DNA of 64,000 nt from Cellvibrionales bacterium (GCA_043585095.1 CP121321.1:3235481-3299480), one strand, 5' to 3'. Numbered from the stretch's first letter, positions 46,563-57,892 are shown. Program-made: numbers and translations. The notes: generated from the sequence alone by a model not told the origin.

Positions 46563-47795
46563 TTAGCCGGTAGGGTGTGACTGTTGGTAGCGGTCGCTAA
46601 TCCCCAGCAAATACAGAATACCGTCGAGACCAAGTGTAGAAATCGATTGCTTGGCGCTGGCGGCCACCAGTGGCTTGGCCCTGAAGGCAATGCCCAGACC
46701 CGCAATACTGAGCATAGGCAAATCATTCGCTCCATCTCCTACACTGATCACCTGTTGCAAATCGATGCCTTCGCGGGCCGCAATTTCTCTTAGCAATTGG
46801 GCTTTTCGCTCGCCGTCGACGATGTCACCAACCACCCTGCCGCTGACCTTGCCGTCGACGATGTCCAGGGTGTTGGCATAGACGTAATCAATACCCAGCT
46901 TTTTCTGTAAAAACTCTCCAAAATACGTAAAGCCACCCGATAGAATCGCCGTCTTATAGCCCAGCGATTTCAGAGTGCCGACCAACTTCTCAGCGCCTTC
47001 GGTAAGCGGCAGCGAGTGGGCGACATCTTCCAGTACGTTTGCGTCCAGTCCCGCCAGCAGGGCAAGTCGAGCCCGGAAGCTGTCCGCGAAGTCGAGCTCG
47101 CCACGCATAGCCTGCTCGGTAATCGCCGCCACCTGATCGCCAACACCCGCACGATGTGCGAGTTCATCGATGACTTCCGCCTCGATCAGCGTTGAGTCCA
47201 TGTCGAAGGCAACCAGACGTCGATTGCGTCGGTACATATTATCTTCCTGGAAAGCGATATCGACATCCAGCTCAGACGCCAACTCCAGCAACTCGCTCCG
47301 AAAGGCGGGGGCATCCTGCAAACCGCCGCGCACGGAGAACTCTACGCAGGCACGGCTAAGCGGCGGTAAATCACCTAGCGGCACTCGACCTGACAGCCGC
47401 TGAATGCTGTCGATATTGAGGCCATGGCGCGAGACAACACCACTGACGCGCGCTAGTTGCCTGGCCGTAATTTTACGCGCCAACAGGCTTACGATATAGC
47501 GCGCACGGCCCTGCGCGCCTACCCACAGTTCGTAACTAGCGTCCGAAATCGGCGTAAAGCGGACCTGAAGGCCGAGTTCTTGTCCGCGCAATAGCAGTTC
47601 TTCGAGGACTGGCGTATCGTTCGACGACGAAGGCAGCTCTACCAGCAGTCCCAGGGACAAGGTGTCGTGGATAACCGCTTGACCGATATCGAGGATATCC
47701 AAGTCAAAGCCCGCGAGGATATCGGTTACCGACGACGTCACACCGGGCTTGTCTCCGCCCGAAATGTTAATCAACAATATCTCTTTCACATGCAC
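46563..47795 (-). CDS. serB: Phosphoserine phosphatase with N-terminal ACT-like regulatory domains
   Basis: HAD motif I FDMDSTLIEAE, motif II ILSGG and motif III GDGANDL. About 400-aa Pseudomonas-type SerB. Confidence 0.93.
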   Translation of the reverse strand: MHVKEILLINISGGDKPGVTSSVTDILAGFDLDILDIGQAVIHDTLSLGLLVELPSSSNDTPVLEELLLRGQELGLQVRFTPISDASYELWVGAQGRARYIVSLLARKITARQLARVSGVVSRHGLNIDSIQRLSGRVPLGDLPPLSRACVEFSVRGGLQDAPAFRSELLELASELDVDIAFQEDNMYRRNRRLVAFDMDSTLIEAEVIDELAHRAGVGDQVAAITEQAMRGELDFADSFRARLALLAGLDANVLEDVAHSLPLTEGAEKLVGTLKSLGYKTAILSGGFTYFGEFLQKKLGIDYVYANTLDIVDGKVSGRVVGDIVDGERKAQLLREIAAREGIDLQQVISVGDGANDLPMLSIAGLGIAFRAKPLVAASAKQSISTLGLDGILYLLGISDRYQQSHPTG

Positions 47796-47886
47796 CGCCT
47801 CTGAACCGGGGGGTATTCTAACCGCTGGGGACAGGCGGCTGCATTAACTCAAGAGCAAGTCGGAAAGCGATTCAAAAGGACAGCAC

Positions 47887-49074
47887 ATGCAGAGAATCTC
47901 ACAGCGACTAGCTCTGCTATGCGGGGGCTTATGTTTTCTCTTCTCGATACTACTGGTTCTCACAGGTAGCCTTTCCAGCCGATATCAGTTGGAACAGCAG
48001 TTCAATAGCCATCATGAGCATCTGGCTGAAGACCTTGCTACGCACGTTGCACCTTTTGTCGCTAGCGTCGACCTGATTGGGTTGGAGACAACCTTGCAGG
48101 ACCTGCGCGCCCAGCACGCGCTGGAGAGCATTCGCGTTACCGATCTAGATGGCCGACCACTAGCTCAGACAGGTAAAAGCGCTAACGCAGCGAGTTATCG
48201 CTTTGAAGCGCCGGTTACCATTGATCGCGATCTTGCCGCGCAGCTTTTTCTTAGCGTTGCTCCCGGCAAGGCACTGGAGGAACAGCAAGGCATGTCTCTG
48301 GGCCTGCTTGCACTGGCAATCCTTGGCAGCCTGTTCGCCGCGGCGCTGGCGCGACAGTGGGGAATACGGCTTGAGAAACGACTGCAAACGCTACGCGGAC
48401 ACATCGGCGGCGGCAGCGATGAAGTCGACGTGATCGACGCACTGGAGGCTGATATCGCCTCTTTGCCCCTCGAACTGATCATGCCTCCTGACGCCAGCAC
48501 CAGCGCTGCTGGCGATTATCAGGAAGCCGGGCTGCTGCTGGTGCAATTGACGAGCCTGTCACGCTATGTGGAAACGTTGGATGAAAACGCCCTTCTTGAC
48601 TATACCGACAGGCTTCGCACATTGGTGGACAGCGTGGCCAAACTATACGGGGGGGTTACCACGGTGGTAAGGGAATTTTGCCTGTTGGTGCAGTTTTCCG
48701 GGGAGCACAGCGCAGGCAGTGCCGCCTACAGAGCCGTCGCCAGTGCCTGGCTATTACGCCAGCTTGCCGAGGACTTGAGCGACAAGCGGCGCCTTCGGTA
48801 TTCGTTGCGGCTGGCATGCGGTGTCGGTGAAGCAGGCGCTGAAGGCAGTCCGGATATATATCCCGCCCTCTATAACCAACCCATCATCGATGAGTTGGTG
48901 TCGCACTGCTCCGAGGAAGGTCTGCATACCAGTAAGGCGCTTGCCGCAGATATGGATGTGCAGAACCGCTGCACACTGGCGACAGATGGCGGGACCAACG
49001 TGCTATGCGGGTTCAGCGAACCCCAGGCGGACCTGCTGGAACGTCAAAGGCGATTGCTGCTACCCGAACTGTAA
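47887..49074 (+). CDS. Membrane protein, Smp/YtjB(AhpA)-like N-terminal half fused to a degenerate nucleotide-cyclase-like C-terminal half
   Basis: TM-periplasmic-TM topology, and divergent from serB as E. coli ytjB is. The C-terminal pattern LLLVQLTSLSRY...LYGGVTTVVREF...LRLACGVGEAG resembles a class III cyclase fold but lacks the metal-binding Asp. Confidence 0.5.
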   Translation: MQRISQRLALLCGGLCFLFSILLVLTGSLSSRYQLEQQFNSHHEHLAEDLATHVAPFVASVDLIGLETTLQDLRAQHALESIRVTDLDGRPLAQTGKSANAASYRFEAPVTIDRDLAAQLFLSVAPGKALEEQQGMSLGLLALAILGSLFAAALARQWGIRLEKRLQTLRGHIGGGSDEVDVIDALEADIASLPLELIMPPDASTSAAGDYQEAGLLLVQLTSLSRYVETLDENALLDYTDRLRTLVDSVAKLYGGVTTVVREFCLLVQFSGEHSAGSAAYRAVASAWLLRQLAEDLSDKRRLRYSLRLACGVGEAGAEGSPDIYPALYNQPIIDELVSHCSEEGLHTSKALAADMDVQNRCTLATDGGTNVLCGFSEPQADLLERQRRLLLPEL

Positions 49075-49107
49075 GCTGCCAGAGGGTAACGCTTTTTGGT
49101 CGCCGAT

Positions 49108-51369
49108 CTATTCGCCCTTGCGTTGGACCTCCATCCTGTCGACTTTCTGGTAGCCCCTGGGCAGCTTGTTGCCACGGCGGCCGCGCTCACCGCGGTAGTG
49201 TTCCAGGTCATCGAACTTCAACACCTTGTGCTGCTTACCTGCATAGACCAGTAGCGCATCGGTGGCTTTTAGAACCTGTACGGCCACCACATACTCCTCG
49301 CGGCTTTGCACGCGGGCGGAGGGAATGGACATCAGTTTATTCCCCTTGCCGCGCGCCAGCTTGGGTAAGTCCTCCAGAGGGAAGATCAGTAATCGGCCTT
49401 CGTTACTTACCGTCGCCACAAAAGCGCCCTCCTCGCTATCAATGCGCGCTGGCTGTAACACACGGCTACCTTTGGGTAAGGTCAATACACCTTTACCCGC
49501 GCGGTTCTTGGTCTGCATGTCTTCGAGGCTTCCAACAAAACCGTAACCCGCATCAGAGGCCAGCAAGTAGTGCTGCGACTGCTCACCCGCCATGATGCCC
49601 TCGAAGGTTGCACCGCTGGGTGGATTGATGCGGCCCGTAACCGGCTCGCCCTGCCCTCGCGCGGAGGGAAGGTTATGTGAGGTCAGCGTGTACGCCCGAC
49701 CAGTCGAATCCAGCAACACAGTAGGTTGATTTGTCCTGCCAGCCACGGCCATCTTGAAACTATCGCCAGATTTGTAGTTGAGCGTCTCTGGATCAACGTC
49801 GTGACCTTTGGCCGCGCGAATCCAGCCTTTCTCAGACATCACCACAGTGATGGGCTCATTGGTCATGAGCTCGAGTTCGCTGAAGGCCCTGGCCTCCTCG
49901 CCAGACACCAGCTGCGAGCGACGGTCATCACCAAAGGCTTCGGCCACCGCCAGCAGCTCCTTCTTCACCAGCGTGCGCAGACGCGCGTCAGAACCGAGTA
50001 TCTTTTGCAGTTCGTCGCGCTCGGCCGCGAGCTCATCCTGCTCACCACGGATTTTCATCTCTTCAAGCCGAGCGAGGTGGCGTAGTTTCAGCTCAAGGAT
50101 GGCCTCGGCCTGAATATCGCTAAGCCCAAAGCGCTCCATTAAAACCGGCTTGGGTTTCTCTTCCGTGCGGATGATGTGGATGATCTCGTCAATATTAAGG
50201 AAGGCCACCAAGTAGCCTTCCAGAATGTGCAGACGGTTAAGCACCTTATCGAGGCGGTACTCCAGCCGCCTGCGGGTAGTGTCAGTACGAAACTTCAACC
50301 ACTCCTTCAACAAGCGGTCCAGCGGCTTAACCGCCGGGCGACCGTCGATACCGATCACGTTCATATTGACCCGGTAACTGCGCTCAAGATCGGTGGTCGC
50401 AAAAAGATGGCTCATCAGCGCATCGCGATCCACGCGGTTAGAACGCGGCACAATAACGAGACGCGTTGGATTTTCGTGGTCTGATTCATCACGTAAATCA
50501 GCAACCATCGGCAATTTTTTAGCCTGCATTTGATGCGCGATCTGCTCCAGAACGCGTGAGCCCGAGGCCTGATAGGGGAGCGCATGAACCACGATATCTC
50601 CACCTTCAACCTCCCAGCTGGCGCGTACTTTCAAGGCACCCCGGCCGGTTTCGTAGATTGCGACAATGTCTTCTCGCGGCGTAATGATCTCCGCTCCGGT
50701 CGGAAAGTCCGGTGCCAATATGTGTTCGCAAAGCTCTGCTACCGTGGACTTTGGCTTCTCCAACATCAGCACTGTTGCCGCCACAACCTCTTTCAGATTG
50801 TGTGGCGGCACATCCGTCGCCATACCGACGGCGATACCAGTCGTGCCGTTTAGTAAGACATTGGGCACCTGCGCAGGAAGCACGGCCGGCTCGTTCATCG
50901 TGCCGTCGAAGTTGGGCGTCCAGTCAACGGTGCCCTGGCCCAGCTCCGATAGCAGTACGTCAGCATAGGCCGTCAATCGTGACTCGGTGTAACGCATGGC
51001 AGCGAATGACTTGGGGTCATCGGGCGAGCCCCAGTTGCCCTGTCCGTCCACCAGGGGATACCGGTAGCTGAATGACTGCGCCATTAACACCATGGCTTCA
51101 TAGGCGGCGCTATCACCATGAGGGTGGAACTTACCGATCACGTCGCCAACGGTGCGCGCTGACTTCTTGTATTTGGCAGCAGCCTTCAGACCAAGCTCGC
51201 TCATGGCATAAACGATCCGGCGCTGCACCGGCTTAAGACCATCGCCAATATTTGGCAAAGCGCGATCCAGAATGACGTACATGGAGTAGTCCAGATACGC
51301 CTTCTCAGCATACAGCTTCAGGGAAACCTGTTCGGTACCCTCGTTATCGATTTCTATAGTTTCAGACAT
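49108..51369 (-). CDS. parC: DNA topoisomerase IV subunit A
   Basis: [10 protein letters not shown], the [20 protein letters not shown] region and the active-site AAMRYTE. 753 aa. Confidence 0.96.
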   Translation of the reverse strand: MSETIEIDNEGTEQVSLKLYAEKAYLDYSMYVILDRALPNIGDGLKPVQRRIVYAMSELGLKAAAKYKKSARTVGDVIGKFHPHGDSAAYEAMVLMAQSFSYRYPLVDGQGNWGSPDDPKSFAAMRYTESRLTAYADVLLSELGQGTVDWTPNFDGTMNEPAVLPAQVPNVLLNGTTGIAVGMATDVPPHNLKEVVAATVLMLEKPKSTVAELCEHILAPDFPTGAEIITPREDIVAIYETGRGALKVRASWEVEGGDIVVHALPYQASGSRVLEQIAHQMQAKKLPMVADLRDESDHENPTRLVIVPRSNRVDRDALMSHLFATTDLERSYRVNMNVIGIDGRPAVKPLDRLLKEWLKFRTDTTRRRLEYRLDKVLNRLHILEGYLVAFLNIDEIIHIIRTEEKPKPVLMERFGLSDIQAEAILELKLRHLARLEEMKIRGEQDELAAERDELQKILGSDARLRTLVKKELLAVAEAFGDDRRSQLVSGEEARAFSELELMTNEPITVVMSEKGWIRAAKGHDVDPETLNYKSGDSFKMAVAGRTNQPTVLLDSTGRAYTLTSHNLPSARGQGEPVTGRINPPSGATFEGIMAGEQSQHYLLASDAGYGFVGSLEDMQTKNRAGKGVLTLPKGSRVLQPARIDSEEGAFVATVSNEGRLLIFPLEDLPKLARGKGNKLMSIPSARVQSREEYVVAVQVLKATDALLVYAGKQHKVLKFDDLEHYRGERGRRGNKLPRGYQKVDRMEVQRKGE

Positions 51370-51584
51370 AAGACCGTTGGCGTTTTATCAGCACGATAAT
51401 TGATTGGTTCAGAGACTGATGGCGTGTAGAGCATCGGCTATCTGACCAGGGAAATTTGGTAAAGCGAGTGACTCGGCCTAGCGCTGCGAACACCATGTCA
51501 GGCACGTTTTTTATGGAGATGGCCGTCTCGGAGGAGGAGCGAGACGGCACAGACCGGAACGGCGACTGGGTAAAGGCACACGCA

Positions 51585-52433
51585 CTAATTGACGTAGGAG
51601 CCCCGCAGGCCGACCAGTTGCTCATTGAGGTTGACGATGGAGTTCGCCATATCGATAAGCAGGGTGTGAATTGTCGTGGGGTTGCTTTTGATCAGGTCGG
51701 CGAATTGGTCTTTCGGAACTTTAACTACCGAGCAACGCGTCTTTGCCATAACCGTCGCGGTACGATCGGCATTGGTAAGCACGGCCATCGCACCAAAGAT
51801 TTCATCCTCTTCAATGCCGCCTACCGTTACGCCGTCTACGACGACTTCGGCGGTTCCTTCAGTGAGGTTAAACACATAGTCTGCGCGATCGCCTTGGCGA
51901 ATGATGACATCACCCGGGTTATAAATTTCAAACCCTGGGGTCGCGTGCGTATCGCCATCTGTCAGCGAGGCAGTCAAGCGCAGCTGTAAGCCGGACTGCG
52001 TGATAAGCAAGCGCGTCCACAGTTTATTGGCAGCAGGATCAGCAAAAACGCGTCGCATAAACTCTAACCCGGGAAAGCCCGCTAGCGTCGCACCGTTTTC
52101 ACTGGCGTAGGTTACCGCCACTTCGTGATTTGCGTTACCGGCAATGTCAGGCAGCAGCAAGTCACCATCGTCTAACAAATGAATAGTGCGATCGCGATAT
52201 CGAGCGGTCAACGAGCCAGTTTCAACAAAGTAAATCCTGTCGCTCTCCAGCCCGCGCAGCAGCGCGTTATCGGTGGCATCGATTTCAAGCGGCACCGAAG
52301 GCAGGTCTACCGTCTCCAGCAGGGCTGCAACAAGGCGCTTGCTCTGTTGATTGAGGATATAAAAATCCTGCGCAAGTTCTGCGTTGGCTAACATCAGGCG
52401 TTCCTTTATGACGGCAGGTAGATCAAGCCGCAC
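51585..52433 (-). CDS. Cyclic-nucleotide-binding (CAP_ED) domain protein, tandem domains, no output domain
   Basis: The C-terminal domain has IIRQGD...FGAMAVLTNADRTATVMA (FGE...RSATV-type phosphate-binding cassette). The N-terminal domain looks degenerate. Confidence 0.7.
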   Translation of the reverse strand: MRLDLPAVIKERLMLANAELAQDFYILNQQSKRLVAALLETVDLPSVPLEIDATDNALLRGLESDRIYFVETGSLTARYRDRTIHLLDDGDLLLPDIAGNANHEVAVTYASENGATLAGFPGLEFMRRVFADPAANKLWTRLLITQSGLQLRLTASLTDGDTHATPGFEIYNPGDVIIRQGDRADYVFNLTEGTAEVVVDGVTVGGIEEDEIFGAMAVLTNADRTATVMAKTRCSVVKVPKDQFADLIKSNPTTIHTLLIDMANSIVNLNEQLVGLRGSYVN

Positions 52434-52581
52434 GGCATTTTTCCAGTGCTAATAGTAGCACTAATCATCCCCGTGAAAACGCCAATTTGCGCACACTCCG
52501 AGCAGGTGGTGCACTGTTGCCGCGACACATATAGCCGTACACTGTTTTGCTTCTTTAAGACAACTGACATCCGACACCACA

Positions 52582-53046
52582 ATGACCCAGCCGCAGATAA
52601 AATGGACTCAGGACCGGCTTGAGACAATCTCGCCTGAGGTCTTGCACGACGTTTTTCGACTGCGCCAGGATGTTTTTATCTTAGAGCAGCAATGCCTCTA
52701 TGCGGATATCGATGGCCTGGATGCAGATTGCTGGCATATCTGCGGGCTTCAAGACAACGTCGTTAAGGCCTATCTGCGCGCTGTACCTCCGGGCCTCGTT
52801 TACCCCGCAGCCGCGCTGGGACGCCTGGTGGTCGATCCCAGCGCTCGCGGACAAACCCTGGGCGATACACTTCTGAGACAAGGTATAGCGCTGTGCCGCA
52901 GTCTGTGGCCCGATGCGGGCATCACCATCAGTGCTCAGGCGCCGTTACGACCGTGGTATCAAAAACAGGGCTTCGTCACAGAAGGTGCGGCCTACGATGA
53001 AGACGGTATTCCCCACATCAAGATGCACTACAGACCAACGGAGTAG
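52582..53046 (+). CDS. GNAT family N-acetyltransferase (ElaA-like)
   Basis: RQDVFILEQQC.Y.DIDG.D N-terminus typical of ElaA. Acetyl-CoA site RGQTLGDTLL. Confidence 0.8.
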   Translation: MTQPQIKWTQDRLETISPEVLHDVFRLRQDVFILEQQCLYADIDGLDADCWHICGLQDNVVKAYLRAVPPGLVYPAAALGRLVVDPSARGQTLGDTLLRQGIALCRSLWPDAGITISAQAPLRPWYQKQGFVTEGAAYDEDGIPHIKMHYRPTE

Positions 53047-53055
53047 GATAACCAA

Positions 53056-54498
53056 GTGACAATTTTAAAAAGAATACTCATCGTTTTTTGCTTGCTGATA
53101 GCGCTGCTGTTGACGGCCGCACTGTTGCTGCCCAGGCTGATGCCAGGTCTGCACAGTTCCAGCCTGGAGATGATCGTCAACGTGGCCACGGGACGCGGCG
53201 CCAACACGGCGAATGACGTATTGCTGGGGAAATTAAAGAGCGCCCCGGGGTATCAGGTATCGATTTTTGCCCGCGACCTGCCGCACCCTAGAATGCTGGT
53301 GCGTGATGGCGAACAGCGCCTGTTGGTCAGTAATCCCAGAGCGGGCACCGTAATCTTACTGACCGATAGCAACGGCGATGGCGCTGCGAATCAGCGAACC
53401 GAACTACTGCAGGACCTGCGCAATCCTCACGGGCTGGCGCTACATGAGGGTTTTTTGTATGTCGCTGAATCAAACAGAATAGGCCGCGTACGCTATGACG
53501 CTGGCGTGATGAGCGGCGAGTACACTGTCATCGTCGATGGGCTCACCGACGACGGCAATCACTGGACGAAAAGCATTGCTTTTGGGCCAGACGGCAAACT
53601 CTATTTGGCTATGGGCTCCAGCTGCAACGTGTGCCTTGAGGCAGACAAGCGCCGCGCGACGATAATGCAGTTCGATGCCAGCGGCAGCAACGGTCGGATT
53701 TTTGCCAGCGGCTTGCGCAACAGCGTCGGTCTTGCCTTCGCGCCCTGGAACGGCGCGCTCTACGCAACTGACAACGGGCGCGATCTGCTCGGTGATGACT
53801 ATCCTCCCTGCGAGCTAAACCACATCGTTGATGGTGGTTTCTACGGCTGGCCCTTTCGCAACGGCAACAATCAGCCGGATCCCGATTTTGGCGGTCAGGC
53901 GCCCAGCCTTGAGGCGGCCGCAATATCGCCCGTGCACGATTTCCCTGCTCACAACGCACCATTGGGCATACATTTTTTCCCGGACCAGCAAAGTGCATTG
54001 GTCGCCCTGCACGGCTCTTGGAATCGCAGCCAGCCCGACGGCTATAAAGTCACCCGCCTGAACTGGCAAGGTGAGACTATAGTCGCGAGCGACTTCCTTT
54101 GGGGCTTCGAGCGCGACGGCGACATCATTGGACGACCGGTAGATGTTATCGACGATGGCCAGGGTGGATTTTTTATCAGCGATGACTATGCGAGAGTTAT
54201 CTATCGCGTCAATATTCAAGATGGTTTCGCTAGCGCGGATAACGCTGTTCAGCAATCGCTCACGAGCCAGGATTTGAATGCCGACAAAGTCGCCGCCGGG
54301 GAGTCGCTGTTCAGCAAAATGCCTTGTGGTACATGCCACAACAATCCGCGCATGGCGCTAGAGGGTCTGGCAGCACGCTACTCCGTGGAGTCGCTGACCG
54401 CCTTTTTTCTAACCCCGACACCCCCTATGCCAAAGTTTCCTTTGAGCGATACAGAGCGGGAGAATCTGGCGCACTACCTGCTGGACTCCAGGGGTTAA
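53056..54498 (+). CDS. Membrane-anchored PQQ-dependent sorbosone/glucose dehydrogenase-like beta-propeller fused to a C-terminal c-type cytochrome domain
   Basis: GTG start and an N-terminal TM helix. Propeller motifs (HGLA, GLRNSVGLAF, DNGRD, GWP). C-terminal haem motif CGTCH. Confidence 0.8.
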   Translation: MTILKRILIVFCLLIALLLTAALLLPRLMPGLHSSSLEMIVNVATGRGANTANDVLLGKLKSAPGYQVSIFARDLPHPRMLVRDGEQRLLVSNPRAGTVILLTDSNGDGAANQRTELLQDLRNPHGLALHEGFLYVAESNRIGRVRYDAGVMSGEYTVIVDGLTDDGNHWTKSIAFGPDGKLYLAMGSSCNVCLEADKRRATIMQFDASGSNGRIFASGLRNSVGLAFAPWNGALYATDNGRDLLGDDYPPCELNHIVDGGFYGWPFRNGNNQPDPDFGGQAPSLEAAAISPVHDFPAHNAPLGIHFFPDQQSALVALHGSWNRSQPDGYKVTRLNWQGETIVASDFLWGFERDGDIIGRPVDVIDDGQGGFFISDDYARVIYRVNIQDGFASADNAVQQSLTSQDLNADKVAAGESLFSKMPCGTCHNNPRMALEGLAARYSVESLTAFFLTPTPPMPKFPLSDTERENLAHYLLDSRG

Positions 54499-54514
54499 AA
54501 AAGGGCCGCCGGCT

Positions 54515-54952
54515 CTAGGCTTCTAGCAGGAACGTCACCGGGCCGTCATTCACCAGACTGACCTGCATGTCTGTGCCAAAACGCCCGCCCGCAACATGCT
54601 CGTGGCTCGCCTCAAGATAGTCATACAAATGCGTGTACAGATCCGCGGCACCAGCCGGCGGCATGGCACTAGAGAAACTGGGTCGCAAGCCTTTACGCGT
54701 ATCCGCCGAGAGTGTGAACTGCGATACCAGCAGGACGCCTCCGCGCGTTTCGGTAACGCTACGATTCATACGCCCCTGCTCATCGGCAAACACGCGGTAA
54801 GCAAGCAGCCGATCAATCAACGCTTCACCCGTTGCCGCGTTGTCGCCCTTATCCAGCCCGAGCAACACCAGAAGACCAGCCCCTATGCTGCCAACGGTCT
54901 GGTCATCAACGCTAACGCTAGCGCTACTGACGCGCTGCAGCAGCGCTTTCAC
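54515..54952 (-). CDS. dtd: D-aminoacyl-tRNA deacylase
   Basis: MKALLQRVSSASVSVD...SQFTL...G.RPSF...NDGPVT pattern. 145 aa. Confidence 0.95.
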   Translation of the reverse strand: MKALLQRVSSASVSVDDQTVGSIGAGLLVLLGLDKGDNAATGEALIDRLLAYRVFADEQGRMNRSVTETRGGVLLVSQFTLSADTRKGLRPSFSSAMPPAGAADLYTHLYDYLEASHEHVAGGRFGTDMQVSLVNDGPVTFLLEA

Positions 54953-55911
54953 GCAGGAGAAGACCGTAGCTGCCCTGCCATCTGCTGCGTGGCGTGAACG
55001 AGAGCATCGGTAATGCCGGGCTCGGAGGCGGCATGCCCTGCATCGCGGATGATATGGAAATCAGCGGCGGGCAGGCGCTGATGCAGCGCATAGGCGTTAT
55101 CCATAGGGCAGACGACGTCGTAACGCCCGTGCACGATGATTGTGGGTAGGTCGCGAAGGCAGTCGACATTGTCGAGAATCTCGTTTTCTCTAATAAACGA
55201 ATTGTTGACGAAAAAATGACACTCAATGCGTGCCATAGCCAGGGCAACGTGCGGGTCAAGGAAGTGATCGACAACATCGTGATTCGGGCGCAAGGTTGCA
55301 CAGCGCGCTTCCCAGCCGGACCAGGCCTTGGCCGCCGCCATCCGCGCCAACTCGTTACCGCCGGTGAGCAGCTCATAATAAGCTTCCACCATATTGCCGC
55401 GGCGCGCTTCGGGAACGGGATGAACGTAGTCCTTCCAATAGTCTGGAAACAGACGCCCGGCACCGGACTGATAAAACCAGCTGATGTCCTGCTCCCGACA
55501 CAGGAAGATGCCGCGCAGTATCAAGCCCATCACTCGATCGGTGTGTTGTTGTGCATACAGCAGGCTGAGAGTTGATCCCCAGGAACCACCAAACAGGCAC
55601 CATTTATCGATATGGAGATAAACACGGATCTGCTCCATATCATCGATCAACGCCTGGGTGTGGTTATCCTCAAGGCAGGCGTGGGGCGTCGAGCGCCCTG
55701 CGCCGCGCTGATCAAACAGCACGATATGGTATAGCTCAGGGTCAAAGAAACAGCGATTTTTGACGTCGCAGCCGCCACCCGGGCCGCCGTGGACAAACAA
55801 CACCGGAATACCATCCGGGTTGCCACACTGCTCCACGTAGAGCGTGTGAAGATCAGTGACAGCCAGGGCGTGCGTCGCGAACGGTTTGATCTCTGGATAT
55901 AAAGTATACAT
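54949..55911 (-). CDS. pip: Prolyl aminopeptidase (proline iminopeptidase)
   Basis: LFVHGGPGGG, nucleophile elbow GGSWGSTL and the C-terminal GH. 4-nt overlap with dtd. Confidence 0.92.
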   Translation of the reverse strand: MYTLYPEIKPFATHALAVTDLHTLYVEQCGNPDGIPVLFVHGGPGGGCDVKNRCFFDPELYHIVLFDQRGAGRSTPHACLEDNHTQALIDDMEQIRVYLHIDKWCLFGGSWGSTLSLLYAQQHTDRVMGLILRGIFLCREQDISWFYQSGAGRLFPDYWKDYVHPVPEARRGNMVEAYYELLTGGNELARMAAAKAWSGWEARCATLRPNHDVVDHFLDPHVALAMARIECHFFVNNSFIRENEILDNVDCLRDLPTIIVHGRYDVVCPMDNAYALHQRLPAADFHIIRDAGHAASEPGITDALVHATQQMAGQLRSSPA

Positions 55912-55930
55912 CTACCCAGTATAGACGACC

Positions 55931-57742
55931 CTATACGCGTCCGGCACGGCGCCGTTCGTGTTCCTTCAAAAGCTTTTTGCGAACCCGAATGCTCTCGGGT
56001 GTAACTTCAACCAGCTCATCATCTTCAATGAACTCAAGCGCCTGCTCCAGTGTGTGCCGGATAGGCGGCGTCAGAATCATATTCTCGTCGGTGCCAGCAG
56101 CCCGCACGTTAGTGAGCTGCTTGGCTTTAGTTGGATTCACCGTCAGGTCATTACCACGACTGTGCAGCCCAATAATCTGCCCCTCATAGACTTCGACGTT
56201 CGGCTCAATCGCCAGGCGCCCGCGATCCTGCAGATTGAACAGCGCGTAAGCCAGCGTCTTGCCGTTTACCAAAGAGACCAATACGCCGTTAATGCGCTTG
56301 GCAACATCGGCTGCTTTCACAGGCCCGTAATGATCAAATATATGAGTTAGAATTCCGCTTCCCGAAGTCAGTGTTAGAAACAGCGACCGGAAGCCAATCA
56401 GCCCGCGAGCCGGAACGATGAATTCCATGCGCACGCGACCTTTACCATCCGGCACCATATTTTTCAGTTCGGCGCGGCGCTGGCCAAGCTCTTCCATCAG
56501 CGCACCCTGATGCTGATCTTCGCAGTCAACCAGCAACTGCTCGTAGGGCTCCTGCATCTCGCCGTCGATTTCTTTCTGAATCACTTCGGCGCGCGAAACA
56601 CCCAACTCGAAGCCCTCTCTGCGCATTGTCTCGATCAACACAGACAGGTGCAGTTCGCCTCGACCGCTGACCACAAACTTGTCCGGGGTGTCGCCGGGCT
56701 CGACGCGCAGCGCCACGTTGTGAATTAGCTCGCGCTCCAGGCGCTCTTTGATATTGCGCGACGTTACGTATTTGCCTTCCTTACCGGCGAAAGGCGAGTC
56801 GTTGACCTGGAAGGTCATGCTAACCGTGGGCTCATCAACCGTCAGGGCGGGCAGCGCCTCGGGCGCATCCGGATCGCAAAGCGTGTCAGAAATCTGCAGA
56901 CCATCGATGCCCGTCACGCAGACAATATCGCCCGCCTCGGCAGATTCGGTATCGACTCGCTCAAGTCCCATATACCCCATGACCTGAAGCACGCGGCCCG
57001 AGCGTTGCTCGCCCTCGTGGCCAATCACGGTAACCGGCGTGTTTGGCTTCAGTACGCCTCGAGTTATGCGGCCGACGCCGATCACGCCCACGTAGCTAGA
57101 GTAATCGAGGGCGGAGATCTGCAATTGCAAAGGCGCGTCGCGCTGAACTTGCGGCACGGGCACGTTCTCGACCACCGACTCAAACAGCGGCGTCATGTCA
57201 GCAGACATAGCCTCGTGGTCTTCTCCCGAAATGCCCTCGAGAGCGGAAGCAAAGACAATTGGGAAATCAAGCTGCTCATCACTGGCGCCAAGTCGATCAA
57301 ACAGGTCAAACACTTGGTCGACCACCCAATCAGGGCGCGCACCGGGGCGATCTACCTTGTTGACGACAACGATAGGGCGCAGGCCGCGCTCGAATGCTTT
57401 TTGGGTGACAAAGCGGGTTTGCGGCATGGGCCCATCAACGGCGTCGACCAGCAGCAGAACGCCGTCGACCATCGACAGTACACGCTCCACCTCACCACCG
57501 AAATCGGCGTGTCCGGGTGTGTCCACTATGTTGATTCGGTAGTCCTTCCAGCGAATTGCAGTGTTCTTGGCCAGAATAGTAATGCCCCGCTCACGCTCCT
57601 GATCATTGGAGTCCATGACGCGCTCGGTATCCTGGTTTCGCCGATCCAGCGTACCGGACTGCTGCAACAGGCAGTCGACCAATGTCGTTTTGCCATGGTC
57701 AACATGGGCTATGATGGCGATATTGCGGAGCTTCTCAATCAA
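55931..57742 (-). CDS. typA: Translational GTPase TypA/BipA
   Basis: G1 [22 protein letters not shown]. 603 aa. Confidence 0.97.
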   Translation of the reverse strand: MIEKLRNIAIIAHVDHGKTTLVDCLLQQSGTLDRRNQDTERVMDSNDQERERGITILAKNTAIRWKDYRINIVDTPGHADFGGEVERVLSMVDGVLLLVDAVDGPMPQTRFVTQKAFERGLRPIVVVNKVDRPGARPDWVVDQVFDLFDRLGASDEQLDFPIVFASALEGISGEDHEAMSADMTPLFESVVENVPVPQVQRDAPLQLQISALDYSSYVGVIGVGRITRGVLKPNTPVTVIGHEGEQRSGRVLQVMGYMGLERVDTESAEAGDIVCVTGIDGLQISDTLCDPDAPEALPALTVDEPTVSMTFQVNDSPFAGKEGKYVTSRNIKERLERELIHNVALRVEPGDTPDKFVVSGRGELHLSVLIETMRREGFELGVSRAEVIQKEIDGEMQEPYEQLLVDCEDQHQGALMEELGQRRAELKNMVPDGKGRVRMEFIVPARGLIGFRSLFLTLTSGSGILTHIFDHYGPVKAADVAKRINGVLVSLVNGKTLAYALFNLQDRGRLAIEPNVEVYEGQIIGLHSRGNDLTVNPTKAKQLTNVRAAGTDENMILTPPIRHTLEQALEFIEDDELVEVTPESIRVRKKLLKEHERRRAGRV

Positions 57743-57892
57743 GGGGGACCTCGCCGACTATGCGGACGTGCGGGGCACTGCCCCAAAAAGCGCGCGATTA
57801 TACCTGTCGGACCTGATGCTGGATACCACGCTGTAACTGTACTTTTGCCAGTCTGCCAATGCCGGGCATCCAGCCGGTGTTTCGCTAAAATT

